A stretch of 64,000 nt of DNA from an uncultured Chthonomonadaceae bacterium (GCA_963835065.1 CAWIEK010000011.1:105145-169144); one strand, 5' to 3'. Shown: positions 41,510 to 51,302, counted from the first letter of the stretch. Numbers and translations: made by a program. Notes: a model not told the origin generated them from the sequence alone.

Positions 41510-42025
41510 ATGGCGCATCCACGACTTCAAGCGGTGCGGCAACGCTATGATTTTCGCTGTGGCTACTGTGGCGTTTCAGAAACTGATACGGGCGGCGAAC
41601 TGACCGTAGATCATTTTCGGCCCGTGTCTGCCGGTGGCGACGACAGCGATGATAATCTGGTGTATGCCTGTGTGCGTTGTAATCAGTACAAGGGCGCGTT
41701 GTTGCCGCAAGCAATGGACATAGCGCAACAGCGTCGTCTGCTGCATCCTCTGCGTGATAGTTTGCCTGCACACTTGCGGGAGGACGCGCAAACGGGGCAG
41801 TTGGAAGCCTTAACCGAAACAGGAACCTTCCATATTGAGGCGCTTCACCTCAATCGCGCAGCCTTGATCGTTAATCGGCAGAGGCGGCAGTTAATTGCCA
41901 TGCTGCAAGCCCGTCTGGAGCAGTCACTTGCGGAAATTGCCACATTAGAGGGCAGATTAGCTCGGCGCGACATCTACATTGACGCATTGGAACAGGAGTT
42001 GAAACGCTGGACACAACCAGAGTAA
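41510..42025 (+). CDS. HNH endonuclease
   Basis: CGYCG...LTVDHF.P...GG.D...NLVYAC.RCN..K. Confidence 0.93.
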   Translation: MAHPRLQAVRQRYDFRCGYCGVSETDTGGELTVDHFRPVSAGGDDSDDNLVYACVRCNQYKGALLPQAMDIAQQRRLLHPLRDSLPAHLREDAQTGQLEALTETGTFHIEALHLNRAALIVNRQRRQLIAMLQARLEQSLAEIATLEGRLARRDIYIDALEQELKRWTQPE

Positions 42026-42034
42026 AATGAACCG

Positions 42035-42820
42035 TTACTCTGCAGGCGGAATTTTATTGCGGAAGTCTTTCGCGCTTGGTGGCTGGAGTAAAATGCGCTG
42101 CGTTTCCGTCAGTTCTTCCACGATGGGGGCGATTTCAGGGTCAGACGGGCTGGGATAATAGCGCTTGTTCGTCCACGCGATTACGGGCGGCGCGTACTTG
42201 AAGAACAGTGTGCGGCGCTCGCCCGGCCCCTGCCATGGAAATGTGCCGTGCATCAGCTTCTCCGTGAAAATCACGCAGTCGCCCGCTTTGGTCGGGATTT
42301 GCTGCACGATGGGGGAGGGACGGCGGAAAAAGCGGATGTCTTCGGGCGTGACAAAGTTGTTTTTGTGGCTGCCCGGTATCAGGCACAACCCACCCTGCCC
42401 CGGCGCAACATCCGTCAGGGCGAACGTCGCCACGCACAGCCCGCAGAATATCTGGCCGTTGATGCAATGGTAGTAGTGGCACGGGTCATAAGGCGCATAC
42501 GCGGTCGGGCCGTGCAGTTCCAGTCCCTTGTGTCCCGGCCTGAGAAAAATGGCGTAATCGTGGTCAAGCCGCAGCATGTCGCCCATCAGCGCGCGCAACA
42601 CGGGCAGGGTTTTGGGATGATCCATCAGGTTACGGAACATCGGCCCCCATGTAATCACGTTTTCCAGATGTGTGTTGCCGGTTTGCGATTGAAATGCCGG
42701 GTTTTCCTCCGCCTGCCGGTCAATCCAGCCGTTCATAGCGGCAACCGTCTCGGCGTCCAGAACGTTTTCGATCTTGATATAGCCCTGCAAGTCAAACAGA
42801 TATTTTTCTTCCTCGTTCAT
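42035..42820 (-). CDS. Phytanoyl-CoA dioxygenase family protein
   Basis: EKYLFDLQGY, GGL..IPGSHK, AGD..IFTE.L.HG. Confidence 0.9.
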   Translation of the reverse strand: MNEEEKYLFDLQGYIKIENVLDAETVAAMNGWIDRQAEENPAFQSQTGNTHLENVITWGPMFRNLMDHPKTLPVLRALMGDMLRLDHDYAIFLRPGHKGLELHGPTAYAPYDPCHYYHCINGQIFCGLCVATFALTDVAPGQGGLCLIPGSHKNNFVTPEDIRFFRRPSPIVQQIPTKAGDCVIFTEKLMHGTFPWQGPGERRTLFFKYAPPVIAWTNKRYYPSPSDPEIAPIVEELTETQRILLQPPSAKDFRNKIPPAE

Positions 42821-42983
42821 AAAGTCGTAGTGTTCCTTCTATCTTCCGGCGCGTTGCGCGAATTTTGTGGCGTAAATTTTCCGTATGGTAGGTTAGTTTA
42901 CCCTGAAAAGCGTTGCCTGCAACTTTTGACACTCATTCCTGATAGATGGTACAATGGCAACATTCAGGAGGAATGGAACCCAC

Positions 42984-44228
42984 ATGTTTTTGACCCTAAA
43001 CTCTTTATATAAACCTGTACAAAAGCAAGCGCGAAGCCGCAAGCACCCCGGAATGTTGGTGGCTTCCAGCCTGTTGGCTGCCGGTGTGTTTGCCGGCATC
43101 AATGCAAACGCGCAGAAGGCTGTTCCAACGGGCAAGCCGACTGCTAATCCGGCGACCAAAAAATCAGCGGGCGCAAAACCCACCGGCAAGGCCGCGAGTA
43201 CAAATAAGCCTGCTGCCAATGCGATGGCCGTTCCCACGCCCGCGCAGCTTGCCTATCAGTTTACGCCGGGAACCACGTATCGTTACCGACTATCCGCGCT
43301 GTTCGACGGGCATATCCCGCCGTTTGCGCAACCGGACAGCCCTCCCATTCACATCAAGGTTGATCTGGTGTATGTGGCAACCGTAAAGAAAGTAGATAAG
43401 ACCGGCGCAACTGTTGAGTTTACGGTAGACAGTTCCGATTTATCCCTATTCGACCATGAAATCAAAGAGAATGAAAATATCAACCCGAATACGGTAACGA
43501 CGTTTCCCATTGCGCTGGAAGACGTGCAAAAAGCATTGAACGCGACAGCGGTTTTACGCCCGGACGGCTCGATTGCCAGTATACTTACCAAGAGCAGCGT
43601 GAAAGTGCCGCTGGACGTGGGCTTCGACATACGCAAACTGTTTTTGCTGCTGATGCCCGTCACCCTCTCCAATCAGCCCGTCAAGATAGGGGATACGTGG
43701 CTGTCAACTGACGGCGTGTTAGGTTCCAAAGCGGGACGTATTGGTTATACCAACAAACTGGCCGACGCCAAACGCAAGGGCAAGGACGGCGAATACGCGC
43801 TGAACCAAACGGCAACCTCCACTGTGGAAGACAAGCTGGACAAGGAAGGCAATTCCACCACCAATCCGAACGAGACTTACCGGACGCTGACGGGCAAAAT
43901 AGACCTGAACGCCGATATGACGCTGTCAACGCCACTCGGCGCGCTGCCTGGTCCCTTGCTCGGACAGGTGAAGTCCGCCCATATTTTGATGAACGCCAAC
44001 GTCAACCGCAAGCGCATGAAGATTGATCCTGACCATCCCGAAGTTTTGGAAAACGATCCGCTGGATGTAAAGGCGCGCATGACGATTGTACGCGAAAACG
44101 CTCCGGCAAAGTCCGGCAACAACCGCATAGCCGAGGCCGGCGCGAAGCCCAAAAGCGGCAAGCCTGCGGTTCCCGGCAGCAGCAAGCCTGCCCTGCCCGG
44201 TGACAAAACGGCGGCGGGAAGCAAGTGA
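42984..44228 (+). CDS. Exported beta-rich hypothetical protein (paralog 1, DUF6263-like)
   Basis: Signal peptide, low-complexity linker, L.Y.F.PG...Y, PVKIGDTW. Confidence 0.7.
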   Translation: MFLTLNSLYKPVQKQARSRKHPGMLVASSLLAAGVFAGINANAQKAVPTGKPTANPATKKSAGAKPTGKAASTNKPAANAMAVPTPAQLAYQFTPGTTYRYRLSALFDGHIPPFAQPDSPPIHIKVDLVYVATVKKVDKTGATVEFTVDSSDLSLFDHEIKENENINPNTVTTFPIALEDVQKALNATAVLRPDGSIASILTKSSVKVPLDVGFDIRKLFLLLMPVTLSNQPVKIGDTWLSTDGVLGSKAGRIGYTNKLADAKRKGKDGEYALNQTATSTVEDKLDKEGNSTTNPNETYRTLTGKIDLNADMTLSTPLGALPGPLLGQVKSAHILMNANVNRKRMKIDPDHPEVLENDPLDVKARMTIVRENAPAKSGNNRIAEAGAKPKSGKPAVPGSSKPALPGDKTAAGSK

Positions 44229-44234
44229 AGCTCT

Positions 44235-45353
44235 ATGAAACCTGAACAGTTCCCACACAAACGGACTCGTCTGCGTCAATCAACGCGAGCGGCGGCTATC
44301 GGCGCATTGGCAATGCTTTGCGCCACAGGCTGGGCCGCGCCACAAAACCATGCGCAAGCACCCGAAAACACCCGAACGGCGAATGTAGGTACGGAATCTC
44401 CTGCGCAATCGGGACAGAATCAGACGGGGCAGAACGCGCCGCAGGGAGCGCAAAACGCGCCGCAGCCTGCGCCCGCGCCGCTTATTACGGAAGGCGTGAC
44501 GTTTGCGCCGGTTGCCGCTTTTGATAAGGGGCAGTCTTTGCGGTATGCCACGCAGCAGAGCATGACCCTGCGCATCCCCGGCCAGAACGGCGCAGTTTCC
44601 AGCTTTACGGCTTCCATCAGCATGGCGCTGACGCTGCGCTACAAGGTGCGTGACACCAAGCCGGATGGCGCGGCGCAGGTTGGCGTCACCTCAGAAGGCG
44701 GGCGGATGCTGGACGCCAGCAGCGCGTTCCACGACATACCCAAAGAAGCCGATAATGCCGCGCGCCTGCTCACGCTGGATCGGCAAAGCCATATCACTTC
44801 GTTCAAAGACCAAACGGCAAAAAGCAAGAACGGCGGATTGGACGCGCTGTTTACGCAGTCGAATTTGCTGGTTCCCCTGCACATTCTGCCCCTGCCGGAC
44901 AAGCCCGTTCATGTTGGGGAAAGCTGGACGGCGCGTTATGCGTCCCCCGGCAAAAACCTGGGCGTGGCGGATGCGAGTACAGAGGGTAATGGGGAGAATG
45001 ACGATGTACGCGCAACCCTGACCTTGCTCGGCATCGAAAAGATCGGCGATGTCAATACCATCAAAATCAAACAAGTCTTGACCGTGCCTTACATCGCCTA
45101 TACCGATGCGCAGGGCAGGCCTGTCGGCGCGAGGGGCGCGCAGGGCCGCATGACCATGCAGTTGACGTTTACCCAACTCATCAATGCCCTGCCGCAAACC
45201 GGCCTGCTGGTACGCTCGGAAGGCGCGATTGCGGGCACGATCAAGTTCGAGGGCGCGCTGCTCAAACAGCTTCCGGGCGACACCATGACCATTGGCGGCA
45301 AATTGGTCGCCATTCGCGCCGACGACACCGCGCCCGATCCGGCGGCTAAATGA
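44235..45353 (+). CDS. Exported beta-rich hypothetical protein (paralog 2)
   Basis: Signal peptide, F.KGQ..RY, LPDKPV.VGESW. Confidence 0.72.
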   Translation: MKPEQFPHKRTRLRQSTRAAAIGALAMLCATGWAAPQNHAQAPENTRTANVGTESPAQSGQNQTGQNAPQGAQNAPQPAPAPLITEGVTFAPVAAFDKGQSLRYATQQSMTLRIPGQNGAVSSFTASISMALTLRYKVRDTKPDGAAQVGVTSEGGRMLDASSAFHDIPKEADNAARLLTLDRQSHITSFKDQTAKSKNGGLDALFTQSNLLVPLHILPLPDKPVHVGESWTARYASPGKNLGVADASTEGNGENDDVRATLTLLGIEKIGDVNTIKIKQVLTVPYIAYTDAQGRPVGARGAQGRMTMQLTFTQLINALPQTGLLVRSEGAIAGTIKFEGALLKQLPGDTMTIGGKLVAIRADDTAPDPAAK

Positions 45354-45425
45354 ATTGTAATTATTCACCACCAGGATACTAAGAACACCAAGAAGAATGA
45401 ATTCAAGCGAGAATCCGATATTAGA

Positions 45426-46436
45426 ATGAGTACCCAAAACATCAATTCCCTACGTTTGCGGCGCGTGGCGCTTGCCGGGGTGGGAAGTTTTCTGACGTGC
45501 TGGAGTTTTACGGCTCGCGCGCAGCAGAAACAAACGCCGCCGCCACAACCGTCGCTTCGAGCAACGCAAGTTGCGCCTGCTCCTGCCAAGACTGTGCCGC
45601 CGCCCGCCGCCACGCCCGGCAACGCGCCTCTTGAACTGCGCATGAAGTTCAAGCCCAACGATCTGAGCCGCTACCAGATGACGATGCAGGCGGATTTGCA
45701 GGTTCCGGGCATGGCGCAAAGCGCGGGCGGGCAGTATAATACCAGCCTGAACATGGTGATACAGCAAAAAGTCATCAAACTGCACCCGGATGGCAGCGCG
45801 GATGTGGCGATGACAACCCTGAGCAGCAACGGCGTTGTGAACCAACAGCCAATCAAGCCTAATATCTCCGGCAAGCCGTCCATTATTACCTTTGATACGC
45901 GCAATAACATCGTAACCGCCCGCGACCTGCCGCAATCCACAACGGGCATGGACCCGACAAGCCGTATTTTCCAGTCGGGGGCGTTGAGTACGCAGGGCGT
46001 GTACCTTCCCAAACAAGCCGTTCGTATCGGCGACAAATGGACGCAAAAAATCAACGTTGCCGGGTTGGGCAAGGACACGATGGGCACGGTGCAGAGCAAA
46101 CTGGTGCGTCTGGAGCCGGTAGGAACCTTTCAAACCGCCCGCCTCCATTCCACTATAAACATTCCGTTTGTCATGGTGGATAAAACCGTCAAGCCGCCCG
46201 TTCCGCTCAAAGGCGTCATGGTGATGAACTACGACAGCAACCTCGCGCTTGGCGAAGGCAAAGTGGTACGCTCCACAGGCGATGGCGACATCAGCGTTGT
46301 GGTAAACATGCCCGCAAGCTCCGCTTCCAAAAGCGGCAACGCAAAACCCGGTAAGGCCGCCGCAGCGAATACGCCGCCCCCAACCCAAAAGGTCAGCGTC
46401 CGGCTGCGTATGGGCAACAATCTAATGACACAATGA
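45426..46436 (+). CDS. Exported beta-rich hypothetical protein (paralog 3)
   Basis: Signal peptide, LR.KFKP....RY, LP..AVRIGDKW. Confidence 0.72.
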   Translation: MSTQNINSLRLRRVALAGVGSFLTCWSFTARAQQKQTPPPQPSLRATQVAPAPAKTVPPPAATPGNAPLELRMKFKPNDLSRYQMTMQADLQVPGMAQSAGGQYNTSLNMVIQQKVIKLHPDGSADVAMTTLSSNGVVNQQPIKPNISGKPSIITFDTRNNIVTARDLPQSTTGMDPTSRIFQSGALSTQGVYLPKQAVRIGDKWTQKINVAGLGKDTMGTVQSKLVRLEPVGTFQTARLHSTINIPFVMVDKTVKPPVPLKGVMVMNYDSNLALGEGKVVRSTGDGDISVVVNMPASSASKSGNAKPGKAAAANTPPPTQKVSVRLRMGNNLMTQ

Positions 46437-46570
46437 TGCAGAAGAATCGCCGGGCCGTGTAAACACGGCATACTCTCGTGTTTACAGGACAATCGGCTGC
46501 TGGCCTGACAACCCGTATTTTATATGCTGGTTGAACGCGCCTGAAATTCATTTCATAACGAGGAAAACGC

Positions 46571-47300
46571 ATGTCGCTGATGGACATTACCACGCTGAAC
46601 ACCGGCGCGGGAGCCTTTATTTCTTATCTGGAGGATTGGCTGGCGGACTTGCTGCCCCTGCCGTCTGGAAAGCCTGATTCAGGAAGCGGGCGGGCCGCAG
46701 CATATCGGCGTGTTTTGCGTGGATGTTATCAACGGTTTTTGTTACGAGGGACCGTTGGCGAGCGAACGGGTTGCCGACATTGTGCCGCCCATCGTGGATT
46801 TATTTGAAAACCTGTATGCGGCGGGCGTGGAGCATTTCGTGCTGACCCATGACGCGCACAATCCGGCGGCGGTGGAATTCGCCGATTATCCGCCGCATTG
46901 CATCCGGGGTACAAGCGAATCTGACATCGTACCCGCGCTGATGCAGTTACCGTTTGCCTCCAAGTTCCATCTGATTTCCAAAAACAGCATCTCTTCCAGC
47001 GAAGGCACGACGCTCGACGCCTGGCTGGACGCGCATCCCGATATTACGCACCACATTGTCGTGGGCGACTGCACCGACATTTGCGCGTACCAACTGGCGA
47101 TGCACCTCAAATTACGCGCCAACGCCGCCGACAAACTCCATCCCGTTATCGTGCCTGCCGACTGCATGGACACCTACGATATTCCCGTCGAAGTGGCGCA
47201 GGCCGAAGACATCCCCGCCCATCCCGCCGATGTATTCCATGCCATGTTTCTGTACAGCATGGAGTGTAACGGCGTCCGCGTTGTCGCCAACATCCGCTAA
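46571..47300 (+). CDS. Isochorismatase/nicotinamidase family cysteine hydrolase; frameshift near 46663
   Basis: VDVINGF, DAH, PPHC..GT.E, GDCTDIC; N-terminal 30 aa in another frame with an RBS. Confidence 0.85.
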
Positions 47301-47429
47301 TGTCTAATCTTCATGGTAAAAAAGACATCAGCCGCGAATGAACGCGAATGAACGCGAATAGCCGGACGGCCTGTAATTAACCGAGTGTACAGCCGCATAG
47401 AGTATTGCAGAAAAATGAGCGACAGACGC

Positions 47430-47459
47430 TTGACAAAGCGTAGGTCAACTGAGTATAAT
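47430..47459 (+). promoter_or_regulatory. Sigma-70 promoter of the T-box leader
   Basis: TTGACA-18 nt-TATAAT. Confidence 0.8.
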
Positions 47460-47511
47460 GGGCAAAATTTGAACAATTTACCCTTCCTTATCGGGAAGGA
47501 ACCAATTCTAA

Positions 47512-47926
47512 AAGCATCGAGAAGGTGGAGTACGCAGGCGGCGCGATCACAGCGAACCGGGTTGGTGTGAGCCGGCATGAGCGAACCTGCTGAAATGGCC
47601 TTTGAGCTGCGATCCTGAAAGGGGTAAGAGATAAGGGATAAGGGATAAGAAGATACGTTAATCTTCATCCTTCATCCTTTATCCTTCATCCTTATTAAGC
47701 ATCGCCGGGGGGCTCCCGTTACAGGGTTAGAGCCTCAACGTTTTTCGATTTTCGATTGCTGATTTGCCTCTGATTCACAGGGCGTTTAATCGTCAATCCA
47801 CAATCGTCAATCCGTTGGCGCTCGCTGAGGCCGTGACCGCAAGGGCGCGGCGAAGACAGGTGGAACCACGAAGGCAGCAGCCTCTCGTCCTGTGCATTAC
47901 TCATGCATGCCGGGCGAGAGGCTTTT
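47512..47926 (+). ncRNA. Transcriptional T-box riboswitch, probable Met (AUG) specifier
   Basis: Stem I with GA motifs, AGTA (47529), AGCGA bulge, GGTGTGA loop, GAA-ATG-G (47592..47598); CCGTTA box; T-box AGGTGGAACCACG (47858..47870); antiterminator/terminator to 47926. Confidence 0.9.
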
Positions 47927-48058
47927 GTATTTTGTATTTTCGATTGACGATTTAACGCAGGCGCGCTTGCTTCTGTCTGTAACCGGCAATCCAAAAGACT
48001 CACGCCTCGAACCGTATACAATCGAAAATCGAAAATCGAAAATCGCAAGGGGGCTGGA

Positions 48059-49312
48059 ATGAAGAAAACTTTGGGAATGAAGTGCCGCGAGTGTGGGGAA
48101 GAATACCCGCTTGCGCCCATTCATGTGTGTGAACTCTGTTTTGGGCCACTGGAGGTCATGCTCAACTGGGAAGAAATCGCGCCCCGCGTGACGCGGGAAA
48201 GCATACAGGCCGGGCCATCCTCTATGTGGCGTTACCATGATCTGCTGCCCGTAGAAGGCCCGCCGACAGTCGGTAAAAACGTCGGCTGGACTCCCTTGAT
48301 TAAGGCGAATAATCTGGGCCGCGAACTTGGGCTGAATAATCTATACATCAAAAACGATGCCGTCAACCATCCGACGCTTTCTTTTAAGGATCGGGTTGTC
48401 GCGTTGGCCTTGACCAAAGCGCGCGAATTCGGCTATGATACCGTAGCCTGCGCAAGCACCGGCAATCTTGCCAACAGCGTGGCCGCCCATGCTGCGGAAG
48501 GCGGCTTCAAGTCCTACGTCTTTATTCCGTCCGATCTGGAGCAGGGCAAGGTGTTGGGAACGCTGGTGTACGGCACGAATGTACTGTCCGTATCGGGCAA
48601 CTATGACGAAGTGAACCGCCTTTGCGCCGAAGCGGGCGACAAGTATGGCTGGGCGTTCGTCAACATCAACCTGCGCCCCTTTTATGGCGACGGCTCCAAA
48701 TCTTTCGGATATGAAATCGCGGAACAGCTTGGCTGGCGCGCGCCCGACCACGTAGTTGTGCCATGCGCGGGCGGTTCGCTGATTTCCAAAATCTACAAGG
48801 GCTTGAATGAACTGGATCGCCTGAAACTCATTGACGGCGGCGTTCCGACGCGGATGTACGCGGCGCAGGCCAAAGGCTGTTCGCCCATCACAACGGCCAT
48901 AAAAACCCATGCCGAAGTTTTCCTGCCGCAAAAGCCCAATACCATCGCCAAATCCATCGCTATCGGCAACCCCGCGGACGGATACGTGGCAATGGAAACC
49001 GTGCGCAAGTCGGGCGGCTGGGCGGACGATGTGACGGATGAGGAAGTCATTGACGGCATCCGCCTGCTCGGACGAACCGAAGGCATCTTTACCGAAACCG
49101 CAGGCGGCGTCACCGTGTCCGTCGCCAAAAAACTGGCCGAGCAGGGGCGGTTCGGCAGAAACGATGTTGTTGTCATCGCCATCACCGGCAATGGCCTGAA
49201 AACGCAGGAAGCCGTCACCGGGCAGCTAGGGCAAACCGTCGGCATTGCCCCCAACCTGGCTTCCCTCGACGCCGCGCTGAAAACCGAAAAACTGCTGGCG
49301 GGAGTAGGATAG
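48059..49312 (+). CDS. thrC: Threonine synthase family PLP enzyme (probably MetM-type homocysteine synthase)
   Basis: N-terminal CxxC..CxxC, PTLSFKDR, CASTGNLA, NLRPFY, ITGNGLK. Confidence 0.9.
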   Translation: MKKTLGMKCRECGEEYPLAPIHVCELCFGPLEVMLNWEEIAPRVTRESIQAGPSSMWRYHDLLPVEGPPTVGKNVGWTPLIKANNLGRELGLNNLYIKNDAVNHPTLSFKDRVVALALTKAREFGYDTVACASTGNLANSVAAHAAEGGFKSYVFIPSDLEQGKVLGTLVYGTNVLSVSGNYDEVNRLCAEAGDKYGWAFVNINLRPFYGDGSKSFGYEIAEQLGWRAPDHVVVPCAGGSLISKIYKGLNELDRLKLIDGGVPTRMYAAQAKGCSPITTAIKTHAEVFLPQKPNTIAKSIAIGNPADGYVAMETVRKSGGWADDVTDEEVIDGIRLLGRTEGIFTETAGGVTVSVAKKLAEQGRFGRNDVVVIAITGNGLKTQEAVTGQLGQTVGIAPNLASLDAALKTEKLLAGVG

Positions 49313-49315
49313 AGG

Positions 49316-49434
49316 AAAGTAGTCAGTAGTCAGTAGTCAGTAGAACCCCGCTTTTGGAAGCCTTCTGCAAAGTGTAAGGATGTGAGTAGACTTGCATTTC
49401 TACTGACTACTGACTACTGACTACTGACTACTTT
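49316..49434. repeat. Palindromic element with (GTAGTCA)n arms, copy B
   Basis: Same arms as copy A; core homologous, in reverse orientation. Confidence 0.9.
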
Positions 49435-49449
49435 TCAGAAGGAGATTTC

Positions 49450-49725
49450 ATGCCTGTAAACGTACTGATACCAACGCCCCTGCGCAAGTTCACAGAGAAT
49501 GAGGATACCGTGTCCGTGTCGGCTGGCAGCATCGGCGGCATTGTGACGGAACTGTCGCAGCGCTTTCCCGGTATCGTCAAGCCACTGCTGGACGACAAAG
49601 GGGAATTGCGCAAGTTTGTGAATATTTATTTGAATGGGGAAGACATTCGTTTCGCGTCGGGCGTGGACACGCCAACCAAAGACGGCGATGAAGTGTCTAT
49701 CGTGCCTGCCATTGCCGGCGGGTAA
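49450..49725 (+). CDS. MoaD/ThiS ubiquitin-like sulfur carrier (CysO/MetO-like)
   Basis: IPTPLR, FVNIYLN.EDIRF, C-terminal IAGG. Confidence 0.93.
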   Translation: MPVNVLIPTPLRKFTENEDTVSVSAGSIGGIVTELSQRFPGIVKPLLDDKGELRKFVNIYLNGEDIRFASGVDTPTKDGDEVSIVPAIAGG

Positions 49726-49744
49726 AGAAGGATGAATTGCAGCC

Positions 49745-50272
49745 ATGCCAGTAGTTACCGTAAACCTTAGCGCGAAGAACGAAATGGCGCGTCTGCCCTT
49801 AATCTGGCGATTGGGCCGCAAGTTCAACGTCGTTACCAATGTGCGGGCAGCCCGCGCCACGCCGGACTTCGCCGTTGTCGCGCTGGATGTGGAAGGTTCC
49901 ACGCAGGAAGTGGAGCAGGCCACCAGCTATCTTCGCGCGCTCGGTGTGACGGAAGGCAGTGGCGACGCTCTGGTTCCCGCCCGCGTATGGGAACCCGAAG
50001 ACACGGTTTCGCGGGCCAACACGATCTACGTCCGCTTGAATCCCGTGAACCCGGCACAGTACAACGTTCCCGTGCTATATCGCCTGGGCAAAGATTTCGA
50101 TGTCGTGTACACGCTGGAACACGCCGGTTTCGATGACGAAGAGGGCGGCTATGTGGAAATCGCCATTTCCGGGCCACTCGGAGAAATCCAGCGCGCCATC
50201 GCCTACCTGCACACCACCGGCCTGCACGTCAATCCCCGGCAGCGTTCCGTAACGGATTATGGAAATCTTTAG
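49745..50272 (+). CDS. Protein with two tandem NIL domains
   Basis: Two repeats of P.I/LxRLG+.F.V......A......L.G....I/V..A..YL...G. Confidence 0.8.
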   Translation: MPVVTVNLSAKNEMARLPLIWRLGRKFNVVTNVRAARATPDFAVVALDVEGSTQEVEQATSYLRALGVTEGSGDALVPARVWEPEDTVSRANTIYVRLNPVNPAQYNVPVLYRLGKDFDVVYTLEHAGFDDEEGGYVEIAISGPLGEIQRAIAYLHTTGLHVNPRQRSVTDYGNL

Positions 50273-50401
50273 GAAGTAGTCAGTAGCCAGTAGTCAGTAG
50301 TCAGTAGAGAAACCCGTTCTTGTAAGTTGTTATTGAGCCATGCATCTACGAGTAACAGGTATTTCTACTGATTACTGACTACTGGCTACTGACTACTTCC
50401 T
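50271..50401. repeat. Palindromic element with (GTAGTCA)n arms, copy C
   Basis: Variant unit GTAGCCA mirrored as TGGCTAC in the opposite arm; core homologous to copy A. Confidence 0.9.
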
Positions 50402-50518
50402 CAAAAATTTTCTGGCACATTCCCGCAACCTGTGATACAATGAGGGTGTAGGAAGTTACTGCTCTCTGCGGTTTGAAAACAACAGATTGAAAACTACAAA
50501 GAGGAAAGGAGAAGCCTC

Positions 50519-50704
50519 GTGGAACAACCCGTCCAGGTTGGCCTGGTGTTCCCACGCAGCGGACAACAATTGTTTGTCACGGTTACGGCGCAAGCCGCCG
50601 AATTGATGCAAACGCAATATGCAGACCGTAACGCGCCGCGTGTGAATACAAACGCTTCCACTCGCAGTATGCGAATGGGAACCGACAGCGACGCACATGC
50701 CTAA
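50519..50704 (+). CDS. Small hypothetical protein
   Basis: AGGAG RBS and GTG start; extended -10 at ~50433..50441; terminator at 50783. Confidence 0.45.
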   Translation: MEQPVQVGLVFPRSGQQLFVTVTAQAAELMQTQYADRNAPRVNTNASTRSMRMGTDSDAHA

Positions 50705-50782
50705 TGACGTTCACCCCTTTTTCCTTATCCGGTGAACGAACAACCCTGAACTTATTTATTCATACCCCGCATGTGCAAACGC

Positions 50783-50821
50783 GAACCGCTCCACAGAGTT
50801 TTCTGTGGAGCGGTTCTTTTT
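50783..50821 (+). terminator. Intrinsic terminator
   Basis: 15-bp stem gaaccgctccacaga / tctgtggagcggttc followed by T5. Confidence 0.85.
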
Positions 50822-50912
50822 GTGTTTCCATCTGTCTGGTATTTGGAGCGATACTTAAGCGCTGGTAAGCTAAAAGTTGATAGTTCCTGTCTCTCTATCA
50901 ACTATCAACTTC

Positions 50913-51302
50913 TTAAACTTCTGAGAGATAGGCAGGCCGTAAGGCAATGCTTGCAAGATCATTAACATTAATGAAAACTTCTGCAATCTCAAAACGATAG
51001 CAGGGTTCCTCGCCGCCCGCGTCAAGCCTGCCTATGTACGCCTGCGCCACATTCAGCAATCGGCGCTGCTTACGCAGGTCTACCGCTTCGACAGGAGAGC
51101 CATACGCCGTTCCATGCCGCGTTTTCACTTCGATAAATACCAGTGTCTTACCTTCAGACGTATGTTCTTCAGCAATGACATCTATTTCCCCCTGCGCGCA
51201 ACGAAAATTCGTTTGCAGGACGCGCCAGCCCAGCCGTTCCAGATGCTTCGCCACAAGCTGCTCGCCCCGCGTTCCCAATTGCTTACGTTTATCGTCCGGC
51301 AT
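50913..51302 (-). CDS. yraN: YraN family (UPF0102) endonuclease
   Basis: LG..GE, NFRC..GEID.IA, LVFIEVKTR; follows rnhB. Confidence 0.92.
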   Translation of the reverse strand: MPDDKRKQLGTRGEQLVAKHLERLGWRVLQTNFRCAQGEIDVIAEEHTSEGKTLVFIEVKTRHGTAYGSPVEAVDLRKQRRLLNVAQAYIGRLDAGGEEPCYRFEIAEVFINVNDLASIALRPAYLSEV

